A stretch of DNA of 63,122 nucleotides, counting the filler, from Octopus bimaculoides (taxonomy: Eukaryota): the NCBI RefSeq assembly GCF_001194135.2. It is 5 parts of 5 records of this genome, joined end to end, with 100 filler letters (N's around TTAATTAATTAA, not from the genome) between each part and the next. Parts side by side here need not be neighbours in the genome. Positions count along the whole stretch, not along the records: positions 1 to 20,917 come from NC_068989.1; 4 more parts are not named here. One strand, given 5' to 3'. The position numbers and the translations under genes were made by a program. Positions within the stretch are counted from its first letter, which is position 1. Each line of letters starts with the position of its first letter. The notes beneath the pieces are model-generated. The model was not told the DNA's origin. It searched no databases and saw only the letters and a program-made list of their open reading frames with translations. Positions 1 to 12,910 of this stretch are shown here, piece by piece.

Positions 1-326
1 TATGCAAAAATATTAACAGAATCCAATTTCATCTTTATTACATTTCACTTATGATTTTTAGACTTTTTATGGGAGAGTGAGGATGGGAAAGTACTGACGT
101 TTCGAAGAGAGAGAAAAATACAAACAATACACTTATTTCAGGCTCATCTCTACAGAGCCATTTTTTATTCCCTGCTTATTCTAGGTCATACGGGGGTGAT
201 TTCATATTCAGAATCTCCCCTATGTAAATTGTAGGAATACGAAAATTTATTTACTGAAAAATTGCCGGGGGGGGGGGGGAGAAATTCATTGCATGCCCAA
301 CCCCGGAAGTCACCGCACGCCACTGA

Positions 327-1040
327 TATATGTATATGCATATTTGCATGTATTTATAAATCCATACACATGAATATACATGTTTATACATATATATATA
401 TAAATATATATAATATACATACATATAATGTATGTATGTATATATATACAGATATTTATACATCTATCTATATCTCTCTCTCTCTATATATATATAGATA
501 TATATATATAAATATACACATACGTATCTATACATACATGTACGCATTTGTATATGTCTCTGGGTGTAAATATATGAATGTGTGAGATTGAGATTGAGAC
601 AGAGAGAGAAAGAGGGAGAAAGCGAGAGACAGAGAAAAAGGAGAAAGCGTGAGACATTCGAGCACTTTTATATTTAACTGATAAAGGTTCTGTTTAAGAG
701 TCAGATGTTTATACGCATCTGTCTGTATGCACACGCACATACAGTCACACACATACATATGTATTTTGAATTACGTATATATATATATATATATATATAT
801 TTACATACAAACACACGCACGCACACACACACAGATATGTATATAGATGTATGTATATATATATATATATACACACACACGTATATATACAAATATATTT
901 ATATAAACAAACCCATTTTTACATACACATAAACGCACACGTCTCTCTGTAACTAAATTTGTTTCTGTTTCTCTGTATACCGTACATACACATGCACTGG
1001 GGTACACACACACACTCACCCCACCCCACGTATATATATA
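327..1040. repeat. Compound (TA)n/(CA)n/(GA)n microsatellite block
   Basis: Dinucleotide runs visible directly; all overlapping ORFs are YI/HT/CV low-complexity artefacts. Confidence 0.95.
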
Positions 1041-1698
1041 NNNNNNNNNNNNNNNNNNNNNNNNNNNNNNNNNNNNNNNNNNNNNNNNNNNNNNNNNNNN
1101 NNNNNNNNNNNNNNNNNNNNNNNNNNNNNNNNNNNNNNNNNNNNNNNNNNNNNNNNNNNNNNNNNNNNNNNNNNNNNNNNNNNNNNNNNNNNNNNNNNNN
1201 NNNNNNNNNNNNNNNNNNNNNNNNNNNNNNNNNNNNNNNNNNNNNNNNNNNNNNNNNNNNNNNNNNNNNNNNNNNNNNNNNNNNNNNNNNNNNNNNNNNN
1301 NNNNNNNNNNNNNNNNNNNNNNNNNNNNNNNNNNNNNNNNNNNNNNNNNNNNNNNNNNNNNNNNNNNNNNNNNNNNNNNNNNNNNNNNNNNNNNNNNNNN
1401 NNNNNNNNNNNNNNNNNNNNNNNNNNNNNNNNNNNNNNNNNNNNNNNNNNNNNNNNNNNNNNNNNNNNNNNNNNNNNNNNNNNNNNNNNNNNNNNNNNNN
1501 NNNNNNNNNNNNNNNNNNNNNNNNNNNNNNNNNNNNNNNNNNNNNNNNNNNNNNNNNNNNNNNNNNNNNNNNNNNNNNNNNNNNNNNNNNNNNNNNNNNN
1601 NNNNNNNNNNNNNNNNNNNNNNNNNNNNNNNNNNNNNNNNNNNNNNNNNNNNNNNNNNNNNNNNNNNNNNNNNNNNNNNNNNNNNNNNNNNNNNNNNN

Positions 1699-2140
1699 CT
1701 GGTGGTAGTGCTGGCTGTGGTAGTGCTAGCTGTGGTAGTGCTGGCTGTGGTAGTGCTGGCTGTGGTAGTGCTAGCAGTGTAGGCGCTTGTGGTGGTATTG
1801 GTAGTGGTGGTGGTGGTGGTTGTGCTGGTAGTGTCAGTAGTGGTTGTAGAGATGATAGTGGTGGTGATGACAGTTATGATGATATCGGTGTTGGTGGCGG
1901 CCGTGACAGAGGCGGTGGTAATGATGGTGGCGGTAGTGGTTGTTATTGGTGGTGATGGTAGTGTTGGTAGTGGTGGCAGTGGTGATGGTGGCGGTAATGA
2001 CGGTGATGGCGGTAGCGGTTGGCTTAGTGGTGATGTTGGTTACTGTGGAGGTGGTGATGATGGTAGCGGTAGCTGTAGCAAAGGCGGTAGATTTTACGAT
2101 GCTGGCTGTAGTGGTGGTCGTGGTCGTAGTGATGATTATA
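1699..2140. repeat. Degenerate (GGT)n simple repeat, beginning with about five copies of a 15-bp unit GTGGTAGTGCTRGCT
   Basis: Visible directly in the sequence. Confidence 0.85.
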
Positions 2141-2144
2141 ATGG

Positions 2145-2354
2145 TTTCAAATTTTACCTCAAGGTCAGCAACTTCATGGAGAGGGGCTTAGCTGATTAAA
2201 TCTACCCTAGTGTTCACCGGGTAGTTCTTTTATTGACTCCGAAGGGATGAAAGGTAAAGTCGACCGCGGCGGGATTTGAACTCAGCACGTAAAGACAGAC
2301 GAAATGCCGCTAAGAACTTTGTCTAGCGTGTTAACGATTCTACCAGCTCGCCGC
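2145..2354 (-). mobile_element. tRNA-headed SINE family A copy
   Basis: Reverse complement has head GGCGAGCTGGTAGAATCGTT, B-box GTTCAAAT and core TTCATCCCTTCGGAGTCAATAAA, shared with more than 12 other copies in the window. Confidence 0.85.
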
Positions 2355-3966
2355 TGAGTGACGGTAGTAGGATGGTGGCTGTTGAGAGAGGTGACGGTGG
2401 TGTTGGTGATTCTGGTAATGAGGGTGGTAGGTGGTTTCGGTGGTTGTAATGGTGGTAGTAGTAAGAGTAGCTTAGTTTAATAGGGGTATCTCCGCAGATA
2501 GTTGTTCAGGGATGGAGGCTATGTGGGTTCTAATGGTGGTAGTGATGAAGAGCGTTTTGGGGGAAATAAGTGAAGGTGACTCTAGTGATTGTGGCGTGAG
2601 TGGATTTGCTAGTTGTAATGGTGGTGATAGTGGTGGTTGTGATGCTTGTAGCAGTGGGGTTAATGATGTTCCTGTTGTTGCTGTTTACACCAAGTTAAGC
2701 CTGATTTAACTGATCAATGATAAGAGATATTCCAGCCTTGACCACTCCATCTTTTCCCAATATATCGGACGCCAGAGGGACATTGTCCAGTGGGACACAT
2801 TTTAAGACAATGGACCGTATTTCGAGATGGGTTTGGCTGTTGTTGCTAACAGGTCAAACAGGTCAAACAGGTCAAACAGGTCAAACAATCCCATTGAGAC
2901 TAGTTCGTGAGATCGATGACATTGCTGTTGCTGTTAGTGATGATTGTTGTGTGTTGTCATAGTTGTAGATGGTAGTGATGTTTCTGTTGTAGTTCTTGTA
3001 GTTGCCATTGGTAACAGAACTCGTGGCGTCAGTAGCTATTATTTTTATTGGAATTGTTATGAAGCCCCCAGGTCAGCCCCTATCCAGCCATCCATCCATT
3101 CTATGGTACAGTTGTAGACGTCTAAAAGGCTAAGTAATTATCATAAATCTATCTTCCTACATATACCATGTCTCCATCTGACCGTTGCCCGTACTGCCCA
3201 TCCTGGAATTCAGAAGTAATTAGTATGGGCTGCACTGCTAGAGTCTGATTATGTTGTTGTTTTACCCCAGATCAGCTGTCAGTAACTGTACCTATGTTCA
3301 ATATCATTTCAGCCATGATTTTTTATTTATGTCCAGAACTTATATTACACTCTATAACACGATTTTTGTCCTTGGGTAGCAACTGTTATTTCCTATTTCC
3401 TTACTCCTAGAAAGTATGAAATGGTTAATATTTCGTATACTTTGCTTTTGTAATATTTATTCAAACCTCAAAGAACACCTTTCAACACATGGTTATGATG
3501 CTCCCCCACAATTGCTCATGACTAGAGATGCACATATTGTCAGCCACTAAGGTATATGCTCAAGTGGTTAAGGTTAAGCAACTGGCAAGCAAATATGTGC
3601 TATTGAGCAGAATATTTACTATAACGATATTGAGCATCTCAGCGCTGAATCTGTCTGAAATGTAATGGAAAATATGTCAGTTTCAAAACATTTGATGTAC
3701 GGGTCACAAAGGCAAAGTTTGAAGAGATTAATAATTTCCTTTGATCTTGATTTCTAGACTGAAGCAAATAGAACGTAACTCTTACCGACCAAAGACAAAA
3801 AAGAAATAAAAATTTTGTTACACAGTGTTTTCACTATGACCTTCCTATTTTTTTTATAAGAGAAATTAGCTGCTATTTCTAATAGATTGACCATACAGAG
3901 GCTCTCGGATGACACTGTTATCAGTTTTGACGTTGGAAATGGTGTTAATATTATTATTTTTTTTTA

Positions 3967-4398
3967 AGGCGGCAGCTGGCAGAATCGTTTGTACGCCGAG
4001 CAAAATACCTAGCGACATTTCGTTCGTCTTTACGTTCTGAGTTCAAATTCCATGGAGGCCGACTTTGTCTTTCATCCTTTTGGGGTCAATAAAATAAGTA
4101 CCAGTTCAACACTGGGGTCGATGTAATCGACTTAGCTCCTCCCCTCGAAATTGCTGGCCTTGTGCCAAAGTTTGAAACCAATATTATTATTTTTAAGGCG
4201 GTGAGCTGGCAGAATCGTTACAGCCCCGGACGAAGTGTTTAGCGGCTTTACGTTTTGAGTTCAAATTTCACCGGGATCAGCTTACCTTTTATCCTTCTGG
4301 GATCAATAAAATAAGTACCTGCTGAGCACTGGGGTCGATGTAATCGACTTTCCCTCTCCCCCGAACTTGGTGGACTTGTACCAAAATTTGAAATCAAT
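3967..4398 (+). mobile_element. Two head-to-tail SINE family A copies (3967-4180, 4196-4398)
   Basis: Each has head AGGCGG..GCTGGCAGAATCGTT, B-box GAGTTCAAATT, core TCATCCTTT-GGGGTC and tail TTTGAAA(C/T)CAAT. Confidence 0.9.
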
Positions 4399-4849
4399 AT
4401 TAATTATTTTTATCTTTTAATTAGGGTGAAAGGGCAGTGACTGTGACCGTTCTGTACTGATGAGAGTGAGGGATGAAGGGTGGAAGGCTGGAAGAAGAGG
4501 AAGGCGGAGAGTGAGGAAAGTCTTCTCAACTGAAAATCTTTTTCAAATATTTGCGACATACTCCGCTAAAGTTACCCAATGTACCCGGTTGATGGTGTTA
4601 AGATTAAGTCTGCTACCGAAGCCATAGTAGGATTTGAACTCAAAACACAAAAGACCCAAAACAATTGCCGCAAAAATCTTATTTTCTTAGCGGATAAGCC
4701 AACCCATTGCCCTGGGTCAAATATTGATAGAAAGCAAATATAATTATATGCAGAATGATAGAAGAGATAGGAGCGATTAGAAATACGTTTTAGACAGAGA
4801 AATTGGATAAAGATCTAAAGGTATTATAACTGTAAGGAAAATAAAAGAC

Positions 4850-5018
4850 CTTGTCAATTATGTAGACGCCAATACTTGACGGGTATTTGTTTTATTGACC
4901 CCGAAGGATGAAAAACAAAGTCGACCTCGGCAGAGTTTGAACTCAGACCGTAAAGACTGATCAAATGATGCAAACCATTCCGCCGGAGTGTTAACGATTC
5001 TGTCAACACGCCGCCGCA
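4850..5018 (-). mobile_element. SINE family A copy
   Basis: Same family motifs on the minus strand. Confidence 0.8.
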
Positions 5019-5489
5019 GTAACATAATAAAAAAAATTATTATAATATTATAAAATAATAATATATTGAAAATATGTATACCATATAAGGGATGAAATGC
5101 AGAGTGGAGGTAATAATGCTCATGATCGTGGTTTTGGTGGATGTTTACTACGAGGGTGGCTGTAGTGATGCTTGAGCCTGGAAGTATGATGGCGTTAAGG
5201 TACAAGTGGAATTAGGGTCTGGAGTAAAACAAACTCGATATGCATGAAATATACACACGTGGTAGCTTGTTCTACATATTATTTGATAACCAGCCTACCT
5301 ACTTACCAAACTGTCCATCCATCTGTACTTGACACCCTCTTTACGGCACACTCACATATGTCCACATAGAAATATATATGTATATATGCTGAAAAAATTA
5401 AGGTTTTTATATATATTAGTCCCTATTCCACCATTATGGTTGTTTGAAAACCTGCTTTGGGCTAGAAGAATGCTTACACATTTATGTTC

Positions 5490-5846
5490 GTATATATATG
5501 TAACCTACATAGTAGATATATAAACAGGACTAATTCAACTATTACACCTTAGATTGGAAAAAAATTATTAACAACGTTAACTGATTTTCTAATCTTTTGG
5601 GATTCTCATCAGAGATGTCTTCATCAATTTGACTAAACCTAGAGAAGCAAGCTGCCGATCTGTTTATATACTCAACTATTTCAGAAACTACAGGAAACTG
5701 GTATTACTAATTTGCATACCGTAAGTGTTAACACTTTATTTAACATCAGGAGCCTGTCAACAGGAATTTCAGTCCTCACACTCTCAAGATATGATATAAC
5801 ATATATAACCTATGTAGTAGATTCATAAACAGGAATAATTTAGCTA
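5490..5846 (-). repeat. About 305-bp tandem repeat, copies A and B, carrying a hammerhead core in copy A
   Basis: TAACCTAYRTAGTAGAT at 5501, 5806 and 7217; AGTGTTAACA..TTATTTAACA at about 5724 and 7131; GGATTCTCATCAGAG at about 5600 and 7311. Confidence 0.75.
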
Positions 5847-7118
5847 TTAGTAAGTTGTTCCGAAAATAATGATTGATTTCAGAAACATAATTTTGTTCTA
5901 GAAAAATTAACAATATAAATGTTTTGATTAGTTAAAGTACGAGCCGTGAACATCTATGCGTCTCTGCCATCGATCAAGGAGATCATTTATGCTTCGTTGA
6001 TAAAAACTTATTGGCTTTGATGCTAAGAAGTCTTTGAAAGCTGATTCCACCTCTGGTTTGGATCTGAAAGTTTTTATAACTTAAAAACGTGTTTAAATGC
6101 TTTAAAAAATGGTAGCCAGTGGGTGAAAGATCAGGAGAATATGGAGGATGTGGTAAAGTCTCGTAGGCCAAATCTGTGAGTTTCTGCAGCGTCATTCTTG
6201 CAGAATGTAGCTTTGCATTATCGTGGAACGGAATTTGGCCACGCCGATTCACCAATGCAGGTCTCATTTTTTGCAAGTGAGCATGCATTTCAGCGAGTTG
6301 ATTGCAGTAAGCCTCTGCTGCGATGCTCTCGTTGGCCTCCAGAAAGCTGCTATGGACAACACCAATTGCAGACCACCAGAGAGTCACCATAATCTTTTGC
6401 TGATGCAACTTTGGCTTTGGGAAATGTTTGGGGTACTCATTACGATCAAGCCATTCACCTGATCGTTTACGGTTATCATAAAGCATCCACTTTTCGTTAT
6501 AAGTGACTGTTCGGTCAGGAAAGGACCATTGGTGTTTCGCAGAGCATCGAGCACACATAAAAACGAATTTTTCATTTTCATTGAACTCATGCAGTACTCA
6601 TTTATCAAGCTTTTTCACCTTACCAATCTTCTGCAGATTGCGTCAGACCGTTTCAATACCAACACCAAGTGCCTGAGACATTTCTCTGACACTTTGTTGT
6701 GGGTTTTGTTCAACAGCTGCTTTTAATTGTTCGTTGTCAAGGCTGCATGACCGTCCTCTACCTTCCTAATCTTCAAGCCTCTCTTACCACTACGGAATTT
6801 CTGAAATCACATTCCTACTGTGGGATCACTTGTGGACCCCTCTCTCCATGCTCTGTTGATATTGGTAGCAGTTTGCGAAACATTGTACCGAAGCTTGAAC
6901 TCATGCAAGAAAAGTAAGCGAAGGTCCTTTTTTGTCATGTTCATAGGGTGTCTATGCTTCAAGAATGTTTTCTGTCTGAAATAAGTAGAAAATTATTAAA
7001 GAGGATACATCAAATATTAAGCATGTCGAATTTAACCTAGAATATAATTAAAATACTATGATAAAATTGCGTTTCAAAACACAACACTTAGACAGCCATT
7101 ATTTTCGAAATAACCTAA
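5847..7118 (-). mobile_element. Full-length inactive mariner (DD34D-type) transposon
   Basis: About 1.27 kb with imperfect TIRs (TTAG..GTTGTTCCGAAAATAATG / CATTATTTTCGAAATAACCTAA) and TA on both sides (5845-46, 7119-20). Transposase motifs VTYNEKW (D to N), HDNA and HPPYSPDLSPTGYH (D to G); stops and frameshifts in the N-terminal half. Confidence 0.95.
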
Positions 7119-7130
7119 TATTTCTCCGTT

Positions 7131-7345
7131 AGTGTTAACATTTTATTTAACACAAGGAGTCTGTCAACGAAGTCTCAATGTACACAGTATCAAGATATAT
7201 TCATAAATCTACTATATAACCTATATAGTAGATTTATAAATAGGGATAATTTGCTATTTCTCAGTAGACAGATGAAAATTATGAACCTAGATAGATTTTC
7301 GAATCTTATTGGATTCTCATCAGAGGCGTCTATATTCATTATCCA
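7131..7345 (-). repeat. Copy C of the about 305-bp tandem repeat
   Basis: Aligns by eye to 5490-5846. Confidence 0.75.
7283..7330 (-). ncRNA. Hammerhead ribozyme core (stem I not verifiable)
   Basis: Minus strand reads CTGATGA-GAATC-CAATAA-GATTC-GAAA-ATCT-ATCT-AGGT-TC: intact core, perfect 5-bp stem II, plausible stem III and UUC triplet. No adjacent stem I pairing found. Confidence 0.55.
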
Positions 7346-7408
7346 TTTGAGCAATGCATATATAGTGTTCAATTATGCGTGTATACTTACACAAACACAG
7401 ACACACAG

Positions 7409-7439
<31 letters not shown>

Positions 7440-7954
7440 AGCACAGACACACACACACAAGCACAGACAGACAGACAGACACACACACACACATATATAT
7501 ATATGCACACACACACGCACATATATATATATGCACACACACACACACATATACATACACACATGCAATAACTTACACGCGGGTATACACACCCACTTAT
7601 CAACTGCTGTGAATTGTGTGACAAAACAGGTGTGTTCAGTTCAACAGCAGCTGAGGAAATGAATGCATCATGAGATATTTATCTGGTTATTTGAGGTCCA
7701 TTCTTTCTGCTTGTGTAATTTACAAAGACTTAAAGTCCATCCTTTGTGCACTTAGTGATTTTACTACATTGCTTATATTAGCTAAGATTGTACTACTTAC
7801 ATCCATGTTCATCTCTGTCTGTCTGCCTGTCTGTTCCTCCCTCTCTCTCTTTATTGTAAGCATGTATACATACGCATGTACATCTATATATACATGTGTA
7901 TTTACATACATATATACGTATAAGTATGCATGTGTATATAAGCATATAGTATAA

Positions 7955-7986
<32 letters not shown>

Positions 7987-8359
7987 NNNNNNNNNNNNNN
8001 NNNNNNNNNNNNNNNNNNNNNNNNNNNNNNNNNNNNNNNNNNNNNNNNNNNNNNNNNNNNNNNNNNNNNNNNNNNNNNNNNNNNNNNNNNNNNNNNNNNN
8101 NNNNNNNNNNNNNNNNNNNNNNNNNNNNNNNNNNNNNNNNNNNNNNNNNNNNNNNNNNNNNNNNNNNNNNNNNNNNNNNNNNNNNNNNNNNNNNNNNNNN
8201 NNNNNNNNNNNNNNNNNNNNNNNNNNNNNNNNNNNNNNNNNNNNNNNNNNNNNNNNNNNNNNNNNNNNNNNNNNNNNNNNNNNNNNNNNNNNNNNNNNNN
8301 NNNNNNNNNNNNNNNNNNNNNNNNNNNNNNNNNNNNNNNNNNNNNNNNAAAGCATGTCT

Positions 8360-8416
<57 letters not shown>

Positions 8417-8899
8417 TTTTGTCTCGAAGTAATTTATAATCTTTTACTCGAAGCCTCGAGTCATTTTTTAAAATTATTTATGATTATTGATTGAGTTCTC
8501 TAAGTAAATAAAATTGCATTTTGTTCAAGTTGAGATGTACTCTGTGGAGTTCACGTGATGTTTATTGCTACCATACGCATGCATTTTCACACTAATCATT
8601 ACACACATATACACGTACAAATAATGAGCAAAGCAAAAGTGCATTGAATACACTCTGTAGTGCTTATATTGTAATTAAAAAGCTAATGATCCACTACTAA
8701 GTTAATTTCACAGAGATGTAATGTATGCCTGTGTTCTTACAAGTGCGATTCATGAGTGGAAATGTAATCGTGGATTGCTTGTAAAGTCGTTCCTCGTTGG
8801 TCGAGTTTTTATTAGTAAGGTTGATTGTTTATTGGTTAAATGTAGGTCATGCTCTCGAAAATGCTATGAAACTGGGTGACTAAATGATAAAGGAGTCAA

Positions 8900-10600
8900 T
8901 GTGCATATTTGCCGATAAGGGAGACTACTTCAAGTAGTTCTTAGTCGAGAATTGTTCGAGTTTGTGTCTCTTGGCGTGGCTGAAAACCTCCAGAAAGAAT
9001 GGCTGCCTTTGGTGATAGTTAGAGACGGTCTCAGATTTTCTAGTGAGGGATATTATGCCTGTTACTTCGTCCGAATCTTTTCAGATGGGCAAATTGTACA
9101 GTTACAAGATTCGTTGGAATATAGACTAGTTCTTTCAACAGTATTCCAATATATTGTGATATTGCAGGTGGTTCCTGAGCTTCCTGGTATATTACGAGAG
9201 AGATGTGTTGTTTTCCATCTTCTTATATCTAAAAGAGTAAGTCTGATTATAATGTTTCGTAAAGTCGTTAGCGGTGAGCCTCATATATTAATAGGTCCTC
9301 AGAATACCGCCACGTGGTATAACTGAAGCTTGGTATACAACTTTTGGACAGGTAAAATCTACTGGGTGAACGAGTGGATTGATTTCAAAAATTATGAATT
9401 GGCTGTGAGGGTGGTGTGTTTCCAGATGTATATTTCAGATGCTTTAGGTGTGACGCTTGATCTTGGAAACGATGGTGGAATAATTAACATTCATATTGTG
9501 CTCACTCAAAAGTTTATGATATTTGTGTGTTGGTGGGAAGTGGTGCCTTGAAAGGCATTAGAAGCTCCTGAGAATATTGGTGGAGACGTCAAAATTATAA
9601 GTGGAAACGTTAAATCAGGTTACTTTTCTCTGATTTGGGATAGTGAGGTGTTTTGCGTGTAAAGAAGCTCCTTATTGAAACTCCTCTTTACGAGTACCTC
9701 GTTGTAAGAGTAAGGGTACTCTGTCAAGAATTTTTTCTCTGCGTATAGTTTGGTGGCTGTCTCACTGCTTCCATCAAGTGTTTAATTATAGCTGGAAAGA
9801 TGACTGGAATTTTAGTGAATGTATACAGTCTTCTCGTTTCTTATAGGAGCAATGCTTATCTATCTTAATATGTCAAGCAATATCTAGAAAGTTAGCTGTC
9901 TTTAGGTTGCAGCTTATAACTACATATAAGCGAAACCCATTCAGTATGCCTATCAAATCATTTTAAACCTCTCAGTAGCGTGTTCGTTCATATTACTCGA
10001 AATTCCTGGGCCATCATTTCTGTGCAGACCTATAGAGAGAAGCCCTTTGTCTTGAGGTGTCAGGTATGAAAAAATCCACATGATCAACCACAACAATGCC
10101 ATCATAGAGTGTGCACCATAGTCATCGATATCAGAATGTGTCATTCCGAATTCAAGAGACTTGGGCCTTGATGGGGAGGGGCTTAGAATCTGATAGGTAG
10201 AATTCGACAAAAGTGAATTGGTTGAATTTATATTTATATTTAAGGCAAATGTTAAACCACTAAACGACCTCACTATGGTCCCAATGTAGTTACATTTGTG
10301 TCCTATGCAGTTTAGTATATACTTGCTAATTCTCTGATTTTGGCGTCGAAATTCTCCTTATGGGCTTTAAGTTTTACATATGCCTTGCTTTCAATGTAAC
10401 ATTACACTATCTTTATTTATCGTAGTTTATTTATCGGCATTATTATTTTCGCTGCTTGGTTAGTATCATCATTGATAGTTTTGTGAAATTCCTTGTAGTT
10501 TTGTAATATATTGCTAATTGAGAGTCTAGCGTTCGTGTTTCAATGTATTCATATCCTGTTTTCACAACTTATATTTGTTTTCTCTGAGATTTTGTTAGAA
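8900..10600 (-). mobile_element. Degenerate Penelope-like element (RT plus C-terminal GIY-YIG), copy 1
   Basis: Manually translated fragments across frames: KAYVKLKAHKENF, HWDHSEVV*WF, GLLSIGLHRNDG (YRDD equivalent), TANFLDI, HFPPTHKYHKLL, IYWNTVERTSLYSNESCNCTICPSEK. Many stops and frameshifts. Confidence 0.8.
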
Positions 10601-10799
10601 TTCGTAAACAATCATGATATAAGACTTCAGTTCACGTTGGAAAACGTGACTGCTCTGTGTCCTCCTTGACCAAACATTCCAAACTGAGCAATTGTCATAA
10701 CAGAACAAGAGTGGACCTCAATAAAATTAACTACACATTACTTTGCCACATTTGCTGGAAATTATTTTCTTTGTATGCAACACATTTGCATCTTCAATA

Positions 10800-10878
10800 T
10801 ATTCACACATACATATACGTTTACACACACACACGAGTGCGCGCGTGCATATCCACCCATATACACAGACGCACACGC

Positions 10879-10917
<39 letters not shown>

Positions 10918-11600
10918 CGCATTTACATAGATACGCACATACGCATACATACACACACGTACATACGAGCCATACGCGTGCGCGCACGCATAGAAACACA
11001 CACATGTACATATATATATATGCGCACTCATATACGATTACATATAAACCCCCTGTAGGTGTAAACACCATCACATTTTCCATATCTGATGGGCATAGTA
11101 GATTAAATAATACTTTCCCATTACTAAATTAAAAACGAAAACAACCATAACTTATCTATGTGTGCGTTAGCTTGTTATCAGTGACCTGGTGTGTTTGTGT
11201 GCTTCCTCCATCTCTCTCTCCCTCTGTGTGTACATATACATACATACGTACATACATACATACATGCATATATATCTACATATACGAACGCACACAAACG
11301 AACACACACATACGAACACACACACGCATACACAACAGACTCTCTTTCACTCACACACACATATATGCGCACATACATATATATATACATATATAAATAT
11401 GTATACAGAGTTGGACAAAGAAAAAAAAAGGAGACAGAGGGACAAAAGGAAGGAGAGAAAAGTGATATGAGAGAGGGAGAGGTAGGGAGAGGTAGGGAGG
11501 GAGAGGTGAAGAGAGTGGGAGAGGGTGAAAGAATTATATATTATATATGTATTATGTATGTATGTATATATGTATATATATATATATATATATACATATG

Positions 11601-11644
<44 letters not shown>
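10800..11644. repeat. Compound (CA)/(TA)/(GA) microsatellite block
   Basis: Visible directly in the sequence. Confidence 0.9.
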
Positions 11645-12445
11645 NNNNNNNNNNNNNNNNNNNNNNNNNNNNNNNNNNNNNNNNNNNNNNNNNNNNNNNN
11701 NNNNNNNNNNNNNNNNNNNNNNNNNNNNNNNNNNNNNNNNNNNNNNNNNNNNNNNNNNNNNNNNNNNNNNNNNNNNNNNNNNNNNNNNNNNNNNNNNNNN
11801 NNNNNNNNNNNNNNNNNNNNNNNNNNNNNNNNNNNNNNNNNNNNNNNNNNNNNNNNNNNNNNNNNNNNNNNNNNNNNNNNNNNNNNNNNNNNNNNNNNNN
11901 NNNNNNNNNNNNNNNNNNNNNNNNNNNNNNNNNNNNNNNNNNNNNNNNNNNNNNNNNNNNNNNNNNNNNNNNNNNNNNNNNNNNNNNNNNNNNNNNNNNN
12001 NNNNNNNNNNNNNNNNNNNNNNNNNNNNNNNNNNNNNNNNNNNNNNNNNNNNNNNNNNNNNNNNNNNNNNNNNNNNNNNNTATATATATATATAAAGATG
12101 GTTAGATTGAGTGATAGTCACCTAGATAAATAGCTAGCTAGCTACATAGATAGAGCTGTATATGTTTAATGCCCAGTGGAGATCAATAGTGGAATGTCAC
12201 TCAATATCCAAATCTTCAATGAACAAATGCCAAATGAATTGATATTAACCGCTTAAAATTTTTGACTGAAGTAGATCTAGAATCCAAGGGTCAAAATCGA
12301 AGCAGATATATTATGATATGAAACTTAACAGACCTACAAAGCTGGTGTTATCCACAACAGCTTTGCTGGCTAATCTCATATTTTAGCATGATCAAAAAAG
12401 TATGAAGTTTCTGTCTTACTTTAGTGTTATTATTTGTCTCGTGTA

Positions 12446-12643
12446 TGGCGGCGAACTGACAGAGTCGCAAGCACGCCGGGCGAAATGCTTAGAGGTAATT
12501 TGTCCGTTGTTACGTTCTGAGTTCAAATTTAGGCAAGGTCGACTTTTATCCTTTCGGGACCGATAAAGTAACTACCAATCAATGTAATCGACTTACCTCC
12601 ACCTCCGAAATTTTTGGCCTTGTGCCAAAATTTGAAATCAATA
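12446..12643 (+). mobile_element. SINE family A copy
   Basis: Head, B-box, core and tail motifs of family A. Confidence 0.85.
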
Positions 12644-12700
12644 TTTGTATAGTATTAGCAGGATCAGCATAATGGCTTGACGTAACACATTGTGATACGA

Positions 12701-12910
12701 AGGCGGCGAGCTGGCAGAATCGTTAGCACGCCGTACGAAATGCTTAGCGGTATTTCGTCTGTCTTTAGGTTCTAAGTTCAAATTCCGAGGTTGACTTTGC
12801 CTTTCATCCTTTCGTGGTCAATAAGTTAAGTACCAGTTGCGTACTGGGTCGATCTAATCGAATGGCCCCTCCCCCCAAATTTCGGTCCTTGTGCCTAGAG
12901 CAGAAAAGAA
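12701..12910 (+). mobile_element. SINE family A copy (close to consensus)
   Basis: AGGCGGCGAGCTGGCAGAATCGTTAGCACGCC...GTTCAAATTCC...TTCATCCTTTCGTGGTC. Confidence 0.9.

Noticed and set aside
297-327. ETS-like CCGGAAGT near a poly-G run as a promoter
   Set aside because: An isolated motif next to a CAGTGGCG-type end (minus strand) abutting (TA)n, more likely a repeat terminus; there is no downstream gene.
8952-9551. Plus-strand ORFs of 124 and 73 aa
   Set aside because: Antisense shadows of the minus-strand Penelope-like element.
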